From NCBI GenBank assembly GCA_050273025.1, contig CP158636.1:5704001-5768000 (forward strand): DNA of 64,000 bases. The letters run 5' to 3'. The DNA is from Cenococcum geophilum. Its lineage: Eukaryota. Position 1 is the stretch's first letter; each line of letters starts with the position of its first letter. This document shows, piece by piece, positions 51,101 to 64,000 of the stretch. The translations under genes were made by a program, and so were the position numbers. The notes below the pieces were generated by a model that saw only the letters and a list, made by a program, of their open reading frames with translations, did no database searches and was not told the origin of the DNA.

Positions 51101-54100
51101 AGGTCTTTTTGCCGGCTAGTAGAAGGCGACTATATAATAAAGGAAGCCTATAAAGCGCTCCCCCCCTATTTTTATAACTTCCTTAAGATAAATCTAAAAA
51201 CCAAACCCGAGCTTTTACGTTAGAAGATAGTTAACACTAATATTAAAAAATTCCTAAAAGGCAAACTAGGATTAACCCGCGAAGATATTCTATAACGCCT
51301 ACTAAAGGAGTTTAGTAAATATATTAAGCACTTTCTCCCTAAGAACGTAGATAAGCTACCCCCTTATTAACCATAGGACCATAAAATTAAGATCACCCCC
51401 GGAAACTAGGCCCTATACTATAAAAATAGACCACTCTTACCTACTAAACTTAGGTGTATAAAGAAGTGGATTAATAAAATACTAGATAAGGGTTTTATCC
51501 GCGAATTAACCTTACCAGCTACTATACTACTCCTCCTTACTACTAAGCCTAGTAGTAGTATATAAATCTACTATAACTACCAAGGCCTAAACACAGTCAC
51601 TATTAAGAATTAATACCCACTACTACTAATCCGTAAGACACTTAACGCACTTTATAGCGCTAAGTACTTTACTAAACTTAATATAATTACTGCGTTTAAC
51701 CGGATCCGGATTGCGGAGGGCTATAAGTAGCTTATAGCATTTATTACCCGGTTCAGACTCTATAAGATACTAGTTATACTATTTGGCCTCTATAACGCAC
51801 CCGCTACGTTCTAAAATTATATTAACTATATTTTATACAACGCCCTTAACGACCGCGCTAAGTACACTAAGTATATAAATAAAGTCATCTAAAGACTTAG
51901 CAATGCTAGACTTTAGATTAATATTAATAAGTTTAAGTTCTACTCTACTAAAACAAAATACCTCGGCTTAATTATCTTAACTAATGGTATAACTATAAAC
52001 CCTAAGAAGATATAGGCCTTATAGAAATGGAAAGACCCAACATTAATTAAAGAACTATAACAATTTCTCAGCTTCGTAAACTTCTACTAACAATTTATCT
52101 AAGGCTACTTTACCATTACTACACCTATAATAAAACTTCTAAAGAAGGATATTAGATGGCTATAGGGACCAAAACAAGCCAAATTATTTAAGGCCCTTAA
52201 GGGAGCCTTTACTTTAGCACTAGTACTAGCATACTATAACTATATAAAGAAAATAGTAGTAGAGATAGACGTATTAAATTAGGCTTCCAGCGGAGTCCTT
52301 TCCCAGTATAATAATAATAGAAAATTAAGACTAGTCGTATTCTTCTCCGTAAAGCACTCTATACCAAAATATAACTATAAGATCTATAATAAAGAACTCC
52401 TAGCTATTATTAAGGCTTTAGAGAAATAGCGTCTTAAGCTATAAGGGACTAAGGAGCTGTTTAAAATTATTACTAACCATAAGAACCTATAGATATTTAT
52501 AACTACTAAGTAGCTAAACTAGCGCTAAGTTTAGTAGGTAGAGTTCCTTTTATAGTTTAACTTTATAATTATATATAGACCTAGTAGCAAAGCTACGCTC
52601 CCTAATACCCTAAGCCGGCTATTAGGAATAAGGCCTAAGGACGCTAATAATAAACGCCTCCGCCACTAAGCCTAAGTCGTTATACCGCCCCAGAAAGTTA
52701 ACCCTATAATCTTAGAAGAATTACTATATAAGTCCTATAACTCTAACGACATAGAGTTTATAGCTGCTCTAGACCCTAAAATAGCCAAAAAGTTACTAGA
52801 TAAGTTAATCTAGCTAAAATACCAGGAGAATAAACTCGCAAGAGATATAATAGCAGCCCTATATAATTAGAAAGCTCGCCATTAGCTAAAGAAAATTAGG
52901 AAATTACTCTGTTGCAATAAGTTAGAATATAGTATTATTAACGGACAGATCTACTTCCACTAATATTTCTTTATCCCTAACACCCTAGACCTCCGCCTAG
53001 AAGTTACCTATTACTCTTATAGCAGCGGCCCTACTAGTTACCCTAGCTGGGTTAAAACTCTTAATCTCTTAAACCAAACATACTAGTAGCTAGGAATCTC
53101 CCAGTTTATAGCTACCTTTATTAAAGACTATGCCCTATACTTTCGCACTAAGACCCCCTATTCTACCCCACCTGGTTTCTTAAAGCTACTAAAATTACCC
53201 ACCCGCCTATAGACTGATATCTTAATTAACTATATTATAACGCTGCCAGTATGCTAACGCTATGGTAAGGTATATAAATATATCCTTATTATTATAAACC
53301 GCCTAACTAAAATATAATACCTTATTTTAGTAATAGGACTCTTAACAGAGGAGTTAGTTAATAGCTTTATTAACAATATATATAAGCTCTACGGTGTACT
53401 AAGCACAATTATCTCTAATTACGGCATATAATTTATTAGCAACTTCTAGCAATAACTAAGTAAACGCCTTAAGACAACCTTATAACTAAGCTTAGCCTAG
53501 CACCTAAAAACAGACAGCTAAACTAAAATTATTAACGCCGCTATAAATAAATACCTTTATGCTTTTATTAGCTTTATATAGGACAACTAGGTTAACTATC
53601 TACCGCTTACTAAGTTTACTATAAATAACTAAGTTAATAAGAGTATAGGCATCTCCCCGTTTTTTACAAACTATAGCTTTAACCCTCGCCTCGGAATTAA
53701 GCCTACTAGCCCCCACCTATTAATACTATTAGCATAAGTAAAGAAGGAGTTCTTCTGTATAGACTCTATAGCCAACCGCTTTAAGCGGATATTAATATAG
53801 CTTAAGGCCCTAGCTTAGATTTTATAGTAACGCTATAAAGATAATACTAATACCTATAGGGACGAGAGCGCATTATTCTATAAAGGTAATATAGTTATAG
53901 TTAGCTTAAAAAATATAAAGATAAATAAACCTAAAAAGAAATGGGATAATAAATGGGACGGCCTATACCCCGTACTTATAGTATACTAAGGGGCAGTTAT
54001 AGTAAACCTTCTAGACTATATCTAAGTAAATAAATCCTTTTATATATTTAAGGTCCGCCTTTAGGCTATTAAAGAGATCCCTAGCTAAGTAAATATTAAT

Positions 54101-54892
54101 ACTATAGAGCGCCGTAATATACAAGGACGAGTAGTAAAGAGAGATAATAATAGCAATATAGAAGATAAATGGGAGTTTAAAAAAATCCTTAATATACATA
54201 ATAAAGACCCCTAGGGCCTAACTTATAAGATTAAATAGAAATATTATAAGGATATAACCTAGCAGCTAGAGGAAAACCTAAAGGGTTATAAATAAGCTAT
54301 ATAGCGCTTCTATAAGCAACACCCTAAGAAGCTAGGACCCCTAGACTAGGTATAAGATAAGGAAAAGTCACGCTAAGGTCGCGGCCGACTACCGTATTAA
54401 AATTTATAGTGGTTAAGATGTTATAGAACTTTAACCAGCGGTTAAAGTTATCTAATTAGCTAAATTCTTGCTAAGAAACACCACACGGACTAATTTAGGT
54501 GGTGGTATAGAGTTCTGCCGACCTTACTTACTAAACTAACTAATTAGGATTTTCTATGCCCGGTATAGAAAATCGCCATTAGCTTAGTTAAGGGCGGTAA
54601 GTAAAACTAATATCTTTGCGGTAGAAAATAGGCAACCCTATACACTGCCTATTTTTAAGTTATCTATTTAGTTTAGGGACCAAACCGTCTAGGGGAGAGG
54701 AGTACTGTTACGGCACTAACCTGACGCATACTGTTTCATACTGTCTCGTACTGTTCCCTACTGTTAGCTGGCCCACCACTAGCGACTTAGCGGCTGGCCC
54801 TACTATTTATATACAATACCCCCTTTCCACCTTCTTCCCCTCTTCATACCACAACGTAGTTATTCAGTCTACTTCATTGCAGCACTGTGACA
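42125..54892 (+). mobile_element. Complete RIP-degenerate Gypsy chromovirus (outer element)
   Basis: 187-bp LTRs 42125-42311 and 54706-54892, TSD cgtat, PPT aggggagagg; RT FGL.NAPATF (~51785), YDKELLAI, HPETDGQTE, chromodomain ~54165-54320. Confidence 0.96.
43628..49520 (+). mobile_element. Complete RIP-degenerate Gypsy chromovirus nested in the outer element's gag
   Basis: 222-bp LTRs 43628-43849 and 49299-49520, TSD ctacc, PPT ggagggggggg; gag/pol junction tcggaaaaagag (~45137); AYLDDIMIY (~46760); chromodomain ~48985. Confidence 0.96.
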
Positions 54893-56723
54893 CGTATGTT
54901 CGCTAATTGGTTCTCTGGTCTGAGCTTGCTGAGGTAACTCGCTAACTAACAAAAATTCTACACCACCTCTTTACATCTCGTTGTAAGTGCATATTGATCT
55001 TGGCGAGTAAACTATCTATTAGGCATAATTCTATACAGAAAGGGTATAATTCTGCGCTGTTTGATCGGCACGATCGGCACGCATTTACAACGAGATGCGC
55101 CGAGGTGGTGTAGATACCCCCAGACGTCAACCACCGTAGCTGATGTAATCAAGCGTTGATTGGTGGATGTCTGGTTACCAAATCCAAGGTAAAAGGTTTC
55201 ACTGCAGCAATCGTCATTCTGCAGAGGAATTCCTGCAGACATGTGGTTGTATCAACTCAGGAATTTGAGATCTGGTAGATAACACAACCTATTAGGGTAG
55301 CAGATAATGTTGGTCTAGGGTGTTGATTCGTCCTTGCTTTGCAGGTTGATGGTGTTCTTGTCGCAGGCCAGTGGATACCAGGCCCCTTGAGCCTCCTTCG
55401 AACTAGATGTTATGATGTACCGCAGGCAGTCGCCTTTGGACTTGGCGAGTAGAATTTTAGGTGTCTGGAATTGGCGCCATGAGCCTGTAATTATGGCATC
55501 GGCGGGAGTTATGTTGAAATAAAGTATTGCCAGAATAGTAATTGCGCCATGGATGGTGCTGAGGCCGGCGCGCCTGGCACCAATCGTTCTCGTTCGCTTC
55601 CAAGTCCTGAAACTTGGTCGCCTCGTCGCACCACGGCACTTCATCAAGCACTAAACGCCGGCCAGCATCCCACGGCCTGTTGTTCAACGTTGCAGATCTA
55701 TTTCCTGCACGTATTTGATACATACCCTTCACTTTCGCATACACCACGTCCACTGAAACACCCTCGACGCGTCAACCAAGTCTTCGTTCTCCCATCCCAA
55801 CCCCCACTCCCTTCAAAGAGACTTCAAATCTACTACTGGCACTGCAGCAAACGGATGTCGTCCGCTTGTGGTTTTGTTAGAGGCAATGTGACTCAAGAAA
55901 AGTATATGCGTGTTGCTTTTTGGACCAGACACGATCAAGTGAGGCGGTGAATCGATGGGAGTGGTTTGACAGCGCCACAACGTCTACGTTGGCAGCTTGC
56001 GTCTGCTGATGGAGGTCACAGCATCAAATTAATATCGTGAAGCACTGCCCGCTCCAAAGTTTGCGGTGAGCTAATTAGGCTGAGTGGGATGATGGTTCTT
56101 TCTAGGGCTATGCGGCGGCTACAGAAAAGGCCTAGGACGAGACGTAGATCGGAAATGGCGCATCTAGAATAGAAGCTTTCTCAAATCGGGTTTGCTGTGA
56201 TTCCGTTTCGATATTTTTTGCCCACACTCCCTTGATTGGCTCCTGTGTCTCGCTCATGGCGTCCGCCACTTTGGTAACATCATTGGTCGACGTTCGTTTG
56301 TTTCAACTCGATGGTCTTGTCTATAGAAAAGGATATAACTCCCCTGCGAGATTATTCGCAATGTTTTTGCGCTCATTCACTTAGGACAAAGGATGTTGTG
56401 GCTTGTGTAATGGCTTTGTTGTCGCCGCCAAATTTTCAAGTCCATTCACGTATTTTCCAGTAAGGTCACGCGGATTCTGACCCGGTATAATATTCACCTT
56501 TTCTCACCACTTTATATTTCTTCGCCTTCACAAACCTCTGTGTCCTTTACGGCCACACCTCTCCCAGTCTTAGTACTACAGCCACCACCGTTCAACTACT
56601 CAAAGACTGTCACAGTCCTTCACACCAACCTTCTTGGCAGGCCAGGAATATTTCCACTCTTTCAAACCTCGAAGACTTACGAAACGCGTAACTTCACATA
56701 AATATACAACGACTGTTACAAAA

Positions 56724-57896
56724 ATGCCTTCTCTTTTCAGGCTCGCCTGCGGAGGCCTTTTCTTTGGACAAGCGCTTGCGCATTCGTGGATCGAGCAGAT
56801 GGTGAACATCGACAGCAACGGCAAATACTTCGGCGAATATGGATACCCTCGTGCTTTCGCGGATAAAGGAATTTCAGGCTTCAACCAGCAGTCCGACCTG
56901 CACATGCTGCCTCCGCTCACGAGGCAGCCACCATACATCGATAACGCTGATCTGCTTTGCCATCTTTCACAAAGAAATCAGACCCAGTCTGCCAACTTCC
57001 CGCGCCTGCAAGTTGCCCCGAGTGGCATGTTTGCGATGAAGTATGCTGAGAACGGCCATGTCACTCAACCTGCGCAGCTGCCCGGCAAGCCCAAGGCTGG
57101 TGGAACGAATTTCGTCTTCGGCACTACTCAACCTAAAGATGATGAAAAGCTCGCCGACGTCATGCAGTGGACCCAAGATGGCTCTGGGGGTGATAAGCGA
57201 GGCGTTCTCCTCAGCGCAGAGAACTTCGATGACGGACGCTGCTACCAGATCAGTGGTTTCCCGATCTCCGTTCAGCGTCAGAAGGAATTTGCCGACCCAA
57301 TACATGGCCAAGTCGGGTCTCAGCACGAGCAGCTATGCGAGACTGATGTGCAACTTCCAAGCGATGCGGCAGCAGGCAAGCCGTACACGCTTTACTGGGT
57401 GTGGCAGTGGCCCACCGAGGGTGGTGTCGACCCCAATATTCCAAAAGGCAAGGATGAATACTATATTACTTGCATGGATGTCGATGTCGTTGCCTCTGTC
57501 AAGAGCGTCACTCCATCAAAGACTCTTGCGCAGCAGGATCCTCAGACTGCTGCAGTAACCAACTTCAAGTCTCGCACAGCCTTCACTACGAACCCAATCT
57601 CAGGCGAACTTGGGACGGTATTCGGATCTGCCACCGGCCAAAAATCTGCAGCTACGACGATTGCTACCTCAGTAACTAGCAACACTCCGAAGATCACCAA
57701 CAGTGTCCCAACTGGCGGCAACGATGGATTGCTGGAACCGACTACAGTTACTATCACAGAGATGGTCACAGTCACTGCACCATTGACCATTGCCACCGCT
57801 ACACCACGAGGTGTCCCCTCGACGGAGGATAACAATGCTCGTGTGAGCGCACGCTTCTCCAAGCATGGATCTGCCAAGTTCCGTGGACGGTTGTGA
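56724..57896 (+). CDS. Secreted protein with mature N-terminal His (LPMO-like, DUF7492-like) and Ser/Thr tail
   Basis: 19-aa signal ending ALA|HSW; ENGHVT; YTLYWVWQWP; EYYITCMDV; intact single ORF. Confidence 0.85.
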   Translation: MPSLFRLACGGLFFGQALAHSWIEQMVNIDSNGKYFGEYGYPRAFADKGISGFNQQSDLHMLPPLTRQPPYIDNADLLCHLSQRNQTQSANFPRLQVAPSGMFAMKYAENGHVTQPAQLPGKPKAGGTNFVFGTTQPKDDEKLADVMQWTQDGSGGDKRGVLLSAENFDDGRCYQISGFPISVQRQKEFADPIHGQVGSQHEQLCETDVQLPSDAAAGKPYTLYWVWQWPTEGGVDPNIPKGKDEYYITCMDVDVVASVKSVTPSKTLAQQDPQTAAVTNFKSRTAFTTNPISGELGTVFGSATGQKSAATTIATSVTSNTPKITNSVPTGGNDGLLEPTTVTITEMVTVTAPLTIATATPRGVPSTEDNNARVSARFSKHGSAKFRGRL

Positions 57897-58726
57897 TTAG
57901 TCTGCAATTTCCTTTCTTTGCACTATATTTCATAGACCGGTCCCTCGCGCAGTGCGCTTTACATGGAACGTTAAGTGTTCTTGCATATTATGAGCGCCAG
58001 GCGTGCTTGTCTTTTTTTTCTTCCCCATATTCTGTATAGCATAGCGAGGGGTTTGTCTTGCATTTGAATCTGCATATGTGTCGGCGTACAGGCGGAGGTA
58101 CACATAGATGAAGGAACATGCATACACTTAGGGAGTTCGGAGTCTCGCGTCTGAAAAACATGGGAAGGCATGTTCTTGTCAGATAACTCATATAGAGCTA
58201 TTCATTGATGAAATGGGTTGATTGATTGATGATCTTGATCGTGTCTTTTTCGTTGATTGACCTAGGGTCCCTGGGCTTAGACGAAGATATTTACAATACA
58301 CGTGACCCGTGCACGTCCTACGCCACAGAGAATATAGATTATCTGACAGTTCTTCGTTGTCGCTTTGATTTTGTGGATTTGCGCACTAAAGGATACTCAT
58401 TCCTGTATACAATTCAAAAATTAGTTGTTTCACAACTCAAAAATAGCGTCTATATGCTTCCGTGATTCCTACGCGGTAAGAAACAAGTATGGAACATTTA
58501 TTGACTTTCGCTTTCAATTTGTGCCTTGTGAACGGCCAAGCACGCCAATCAACCTCACCCTCGGATACAGAGCTTCCCCACGGGGTGTCAATGCCGGCGC
58601 CATCCTGATTAGGAATCTGATTTAGCGTCAGCTCATCAACAGCCGCTGCAACAGTTCGAGGATAAGAGCGCGCAGTGCTCCAACAAGGAGTATTTCTTTC
58701 ACCATGAGTTGCGTTGAGTATTTAAC

Positions 58727-60847
58727 ATGACCAAATCTCCTTTGCCCACCGTGACGGCGCAAGCGTTTCAGAACGAGCCATTCACTCACCAAACACCACC
58801 TTCAAGCTCCACCGACGGATTCTTTCAGACGCCCCCGAAGCTGGAGAACTCCTTCTATGAGGATGCGGCATATAGGAGGATATTTTTATGTCAGTCGACC
58901 TTCTTTCTTCTTCAAAGACACAGAGACGCGATAGGACCAACTCTCAAGTCCTTTATTTGAGCAAGGAAAATATCTTTCCACCACCAGATAATTCTATAGT
59001 TTATGTGTAATTACTAAATAACTCTTATAGCCTACCTCCCTGAAACCATCCAAACCGCCCTAACGCCCGACCTCTCCCGCTTCAGCTCGCTCGTCCTGCA
59101 ACCCTCAACCCTCACCTGGACCGCTGACGCCGAGCGCAACCCGCCATACCTCAACGCCTTCGACACATGGGGCCGCCGATCCAATACGCTCGTGACCAGC
59201 GAAGGATGGCGCAAGCTGCAAGATCTCGGCATCGCTGAGGGCATGGTGGCAATCGGGTACGAGAACCAGTTTGGAGCGTACAGCCGTCTTTACCAATTCC
59301 TAAAATACCACCTATGGACGGCCACAAGCGCAGGCGTGACATGCCCGTCAGCAATGCAGGACGGTGCTGCCAGGCTACTAGCGGTGCATCTGGCGCGGAA
59401 GGACATCCAATTGAGCGAGACAGAGCGGAAGGTATTCGAGACGGCATACCAGCACCTCACGTCACGGAATCCAGAAAAAGCCTGGACGAGCGGACAGTGG
59501 ATGACAGAGCGTGCAGGCGGGAGCGACGTCCGGAACACGGAGACGCAGGCGACATTCGCACCCGTCTTCGCTGAAGGAGCCAGCACACTGGATACCGACG
59601 GCCTACCCCTCGGCCCATGGTCCATCAGCGGCTTCAAGTGGTTCTCATCAGCTGCCGACTCACAAATGACGATCATGCTCGCCAAAACACCCTCGGGCGC
59701 CCTCTCCGCCTTCTTCGCGCCCATGCGGCGCCGCCTCCCCTCCTCAGACACAAGCCCCCCGCAAACCGAACTCAATGGCCTGACGCTGCAGCGCCTGAAG
59801 GCGAAACTGGGCACGCGCCCGGTCCCCACCGCGGAGCTCGTCCTCGCTAACACGCGCGCCTACCTGCTCGGCAGCCCAGGCCAGGGCGTCAAGACGATCG
59901 CGACGGTCCTCAACATCACCCGCATCCACAACTCCGTCTCCGCGCTCGGCAACTGGGCCCGCGGCCTCGCTATCTCGCGCGCCTTCAGCCGCGTACGCAG
60001 AGTCGGCGGGAAGACGCTCGTCGACGTCCCGGTGCACATGCGCACGCTCGCGTCCCAGCACCTCGAGTACCGCGCTATGCTGCACCTCGCCTTCTTCGGC
60101 GTCGCGCTGCTCGGCATATCCGAAGCAGCATCAGCATCAGTATCGGCATTGGCATCGGCATCGGCATCCCAGCCCATTGACGCTGCCTCCGCAGCTCGCT
60201 TCCTCGCCCTCGAACCTCCCACCGCCGCCCCCCTCCTCCGCCTCTTGACCCCCATCAGCAAAGCCCTCACCGCGCGCGCCGCCATCGCCGGGCTCGCCGA
60301 GTGCATGGAGGCGCTCGGGGGCGTCGGCTATCTGGAGAGCGAGGACGCGGCGTGGAATGTCGCGCGGCTGTTCCGCGACGCGAACGTGCTGAGTATCTGG
60401 GAGGGCACGACGAACGTGATGGCCGAGGACGTGGTGCGGGTTCTCACGGGGCGGGAGGGCGGGGCGGTGATGGGGGCGGTGGAGGGGTGGGTTGGGGCTG
60501 TGGTGAGGGAGTGGCGTGGGGAGTGGAGGGCTAGGAGGGAGACGGTGGAAAGGGTGTGGGAGGGGGTTAGAGGGATGGTTGGGGAGAAGGGGGCGGAGGA
60601 GTTGAAGGTTGGGGGGAGGGAGTTGGTGGGGGAGTTGGGGTGGCTTGTTGTGGCTGTTTTGACGGGGAGGGATGCGCGGCGGGATGGGGATGAGGTGGCG
60701 GGGGAGGTGGCGAGGAGGTGGTTTGAGAGGAGGGAGGCGGGAGCGGGGTTGGGTGGGGAGAAGAAGGATTGGAGGGTAGATGTGGAGTGGGATCGCAGGA
60801 TCGTGTTTGGGGATTTCCTGGAGAAAGTGGAGAAAGCGAGGCTGTGA
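58727..60847 (+). CDS. Acyl-CoA dehydrogenase, AidB-like; intron 58890-59030
   Basis: CPSAMQDGA, GQWMTERAGGSDV, GFKWFSSA, KLGTRPVPTAE, EALGGVGY, IWEGTTNV. Confidence 0.93.
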
Positions 60848-61041
60848 GCCTGGTAGAAGAATATTTACGCCGCTTTGATTAAGATATCTAATTCATGCAC
60901 TATCTCTGCTATCCCTCTCGTCTTAAGTATGCTCACTATACACCAACACTTCTCGAAGCCTCAACTGTCGCTTCTCCTCTCCCATACCCATTCCTCCATA
61001 TATCTGGCGGGGATCTGCTCCTAGCTACTCCCTCTGCCTAA

Positions 61042-61243
61042 GGGTGCGTTCGGTTGCAACTCCATATTCAATATGGAGGCTCCATATCGTAACCGAAATG
61101 GAGCTCAAATCTGAATGAGGTGAGTGTTCGGTAAATCTGACGACTTTTGAATATGGAGCTCCTCCATATCGGTAAGCGCGTCAAATTTGCAAGCTATACT
61201 GTATACAGTAGTTAAAATAAGGTTCTTGGCACCTTTTTAATAT
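61042..61243. mobile_element. Probable PIF/Harbinger element end
   Basis: TAA then gggtgcgttcggtt; subterminal ctccatat/atatggag repeats; partner end not in window. Confidence 0.5.
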
Positions 61244-64000
61244 TGTCGATCGGTAGTCCGTGCACCGATTGTAAGGTAAGATTGAGGACTCTGTCTATTT
61301 AAACTATGAAGGAAAAAAACTATATATACATGAGGTAGTACCCCCCACAGGGGTCCCTAGAGAATCGGTGAAACTAGATTAAAACCAGGTCAAGACAAAT
61401 CTAAAGCTGATGTCTGACAGTACCCGTCACGGTCAACACACCCCCCCAGCTTTGAGCTGTCCTGTAGGTTAAAGCTATATCACAAGTCTTGGTATGGTGT
61501 TAAGTTAAATTTACCTTTATTAATTTAGATCCTCTCCTTAATATTAACCAGGTTTAATTAATGAACAAATGTCTTATGCTTCTGCCTTAGCAGAGCTTTA
61601 GTTAGGCCGTCTGCTACCATTGCTATAGTAGGCGTCCAATTAATCTTAATTCAATCATCACGTACCTCTTAACGTAACCAGTAGTGGTGTATATCGATAT
61701 ATTAGAGCTTTGTAGATAGCTCTAGTCCGTCTTTTATAAGCAGTTAAATCGTCTATAGATTGTCGCAGTTAATCGTCTACCTGTTATCTAAGGTTAATCC
61801 GATTTCTTTAAAGAAGCAACTCTACTAGATTAATTCCGTGCCTATATATAATAGAGCTATAAGCTCTGCCTTAGTACTTAACTTTATTACTAATATCTGC
61901 TTAGTAGAGCGCCAGTTAATTAGTCCCCTAAATAGGGTAAATAGATATCCTTCCGTACTACATCTACTTATTAAGTTGTCTCCAAATACTATATTACTTA
62001 CTCCCGTAAAGACTTAACTCCCTATACTATATCCTAAGTATTTAATCGCAAAAGTCCTTGTCTAATAGAGGTAGGCGATTACTTAATAAGCTACGGCGTT
62101 ATAGAGGGGTAAGGGATTTCGTAGAAATTCCGATAGCTTGCTTAAAGCTTAAGCTATATTAGGTCTCGTAATATAGGTCGTATAGAGGAGTAATCTAATT
62201 ATCCTTTAGTAGATATAGGTGTCTTAATTTAAAGCTTCCTCTAGGTTCGGTAAAAGCCTATTAGTGCTTATAGGTGTACTAACTAAGCGTATATTAGTTA
62301 AATAAAAGTCATTAGCGATCTTCTTAATATAGGAGTCTTAATAGAGCTATAGCTTCCTCTAACTCCTATCTCTTAGGACTTAAATTCCTAGGAACCAGAA
62401 CAGTTCTCCTAGGTCCTTTATCTCGTATTTCTTTATAAGCGCAGTCTTAAAGCTTAGAAGCTCTAACTAGTTCCCCTTAGTACTTATAGCACAGATATTA
62501 TCTATATAGAAGAACACAATCAGCCGATCGTTATAGTAGAGATATAGCTCTCCGCTAATAGGCTTTAACCCTAATTTAGTTAGTTCCTAACTTAAGTCGT
62601 TATACTAAAGGCGCGGCGATTATTAAAGTCTATAGAGAGCTCTACGTAGTAGTAGACATTTGCCCTTAATAGTGAATCCATCTAGACACTTAATATAGAC
62701 TATTTCATTAATTAAGCTGTTCGCGAACGCGTTAACAGCGTCGCCCTGCTAAACGTCCAAATTAAATGCTGTAATAACTGCTGTAAGAGCCCTAAAGACC
62801 TTAGCTGCTAGAGTTGCTATATAGGTGTCCTTATATATTAACTCTTATAGATCGCCTCTTATATAAAGTCGTGCCTTAAACTTTATTAGATATCTATTAG
62901 TATCCATTTTATAGGTAAATCTCTAGGTAGTAGGCACTATTTTAACTAATAGAGTCTTATCTACAACCTTAAATGTTCTATAACCCTCTAGGTCAGTGTA
63001 CTCTTTTATAGCAATAGTAAGGAAATCTTCCCTATACTAGTGTCTTATAAGCTCCTTCTAGTTCTTAGGCGGAGGTAGTAGCTTATCGCGATGGATTTTC
63101 TTATAATATTTTAGGCCTACGTAAAAGGCTGCCTAAAGCGCTTTAAAGCTATCTATCTCCTTAAGGTAAGTTAAATAAGCCATATATCGTTTAGGTAGCC
63201 TCTTTAATTATTTACCTTTTATAATATTATCTTCCTTAATAGCTGCGCCGTCTTTATCCTTTAAGTTATCCTCTATAGGTACGTATTTATAATACGGTTA
63301 TTAACGGGTAAAGGGAGCTAAGGAGCTTAAGGATTCTTTAATAGGAATTAACTAAGGTTCTAGCGTCTCATCTAGGGTAGGAAGGGTAGGTAGAAAATCA
63401 TCCTTTAAGGTTTATAAGCTTGCTATATCATTATCTTAATTAGTTACTTAGTCTTAATTTCTACTAGAATCTACTTATTAATTTCCACCGTTTTTTACTT
63501 AAATCTTATCTAAAATCTCGTCGTCCTTATCTAATGTTTTATTAAGCTCTTCCTAAAGCGTCCTATTAATATGCGACACATTAATTACCTCCAAAATTTA
63601 ATTAGCGCGTTTTTGGAGCAGATTTACAAGATCTAGCTAACCGTCGTTATAGAGCAACTGCTTATTAAATGTCACGTCTCTTGTTTAAATTACCTTCTTT
63701 TCGCTAGGTATATAGACCCTAAAGATATTCGTTAACTAGTACCCAACTAGGTATCTAATATAAGCTCTTAGCTTAAGCTTTCAAGTGTATAGGAGGTTGT
63801 ATTTAAGTAGGTAAGCTCTATAGCCATATATATATAGATAAGCTATATTTAGCTTTAATGGCGAGAGCCCTAGTACTAACTAAAGCTTCTTAAAAGGTAT
63901 TATCTAGCTAAGCTAGGCGTTCGGTATCCGATTAATTAAATACGCTATAGCTCTAATAATCTCTAGCTAGAGCTCTTCTAGTAATTAAGCTTCAATTTAC
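61244..64000 (-). mobile_element. RIP-degenerate Ty1/Copia, 3' part with LTR 61244-61438
   Basis: Minus strand: GYLVGY..TNIFRV, KARLC.RGD, DAVNAFANS, FFYVDD (~62505), MVADGLTKAL (~61605), G-rich PPT, tgttgacc...tcgaca. Confidence 0.93.

Noticed and set aside
54450..54520. Hammerhead or hairpin ribozyme (gaaac-stem-gta)
   Set aside because: ctaattag does not de-RIP to CUGANGA, stems I/II are unconvincing and the hairpin loop-B strand does not match
54942..55800. Broken protein-like frames on the minus strand
   Set aside because: Possibly a pseudogene, but family not recognisable without a search

Overview
Filamentous ascomycete (Pezizomycotina) genomic DNA with small GT-AG introns and heavy RIP (C>T/G>A transitions). 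Three AT-rich, RIP-killed transposon blocks: (i) 1-10.9 kb, a Crypton-like remnant abutted by a chromodomain Gypsy, itself interrupted at its RT YLDD codons by a complete GalEa-type Copia; (ii) 42.1-54.9 kb, a complete Gypsy nested in another complete Gypsy, both with LTRs and 5-bp TSDs; (iii) 61-64 kb, a Harbinger-like end followed by a minus-strand Copia. A nest of small non-autonomous elements fills 15.6-20.2 kb. Host genes: small secreted protein divergent from a laccase, Cys-rich membrane protein, PemK/MazF-like hypothetical, amidohydrolase, paraoxonase-like hydrolase, HSP90, VPS5, a His1 LPMO-like secreted protein and an AidB-like acyl-CoA dehydrogenase, plus HET, NACHT-like and DAL5-type pseudogenes. 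Best leads: a spliced antisense Zn2Cys6-like/coiled-coil gene inside a Gypsy; a 48-bp palindromic module with a compensatory change shared by the 3' UTRs of an unrelated Copia and Gypsy; and the LPMO-like protein. All calls are by eye; no searches were run.
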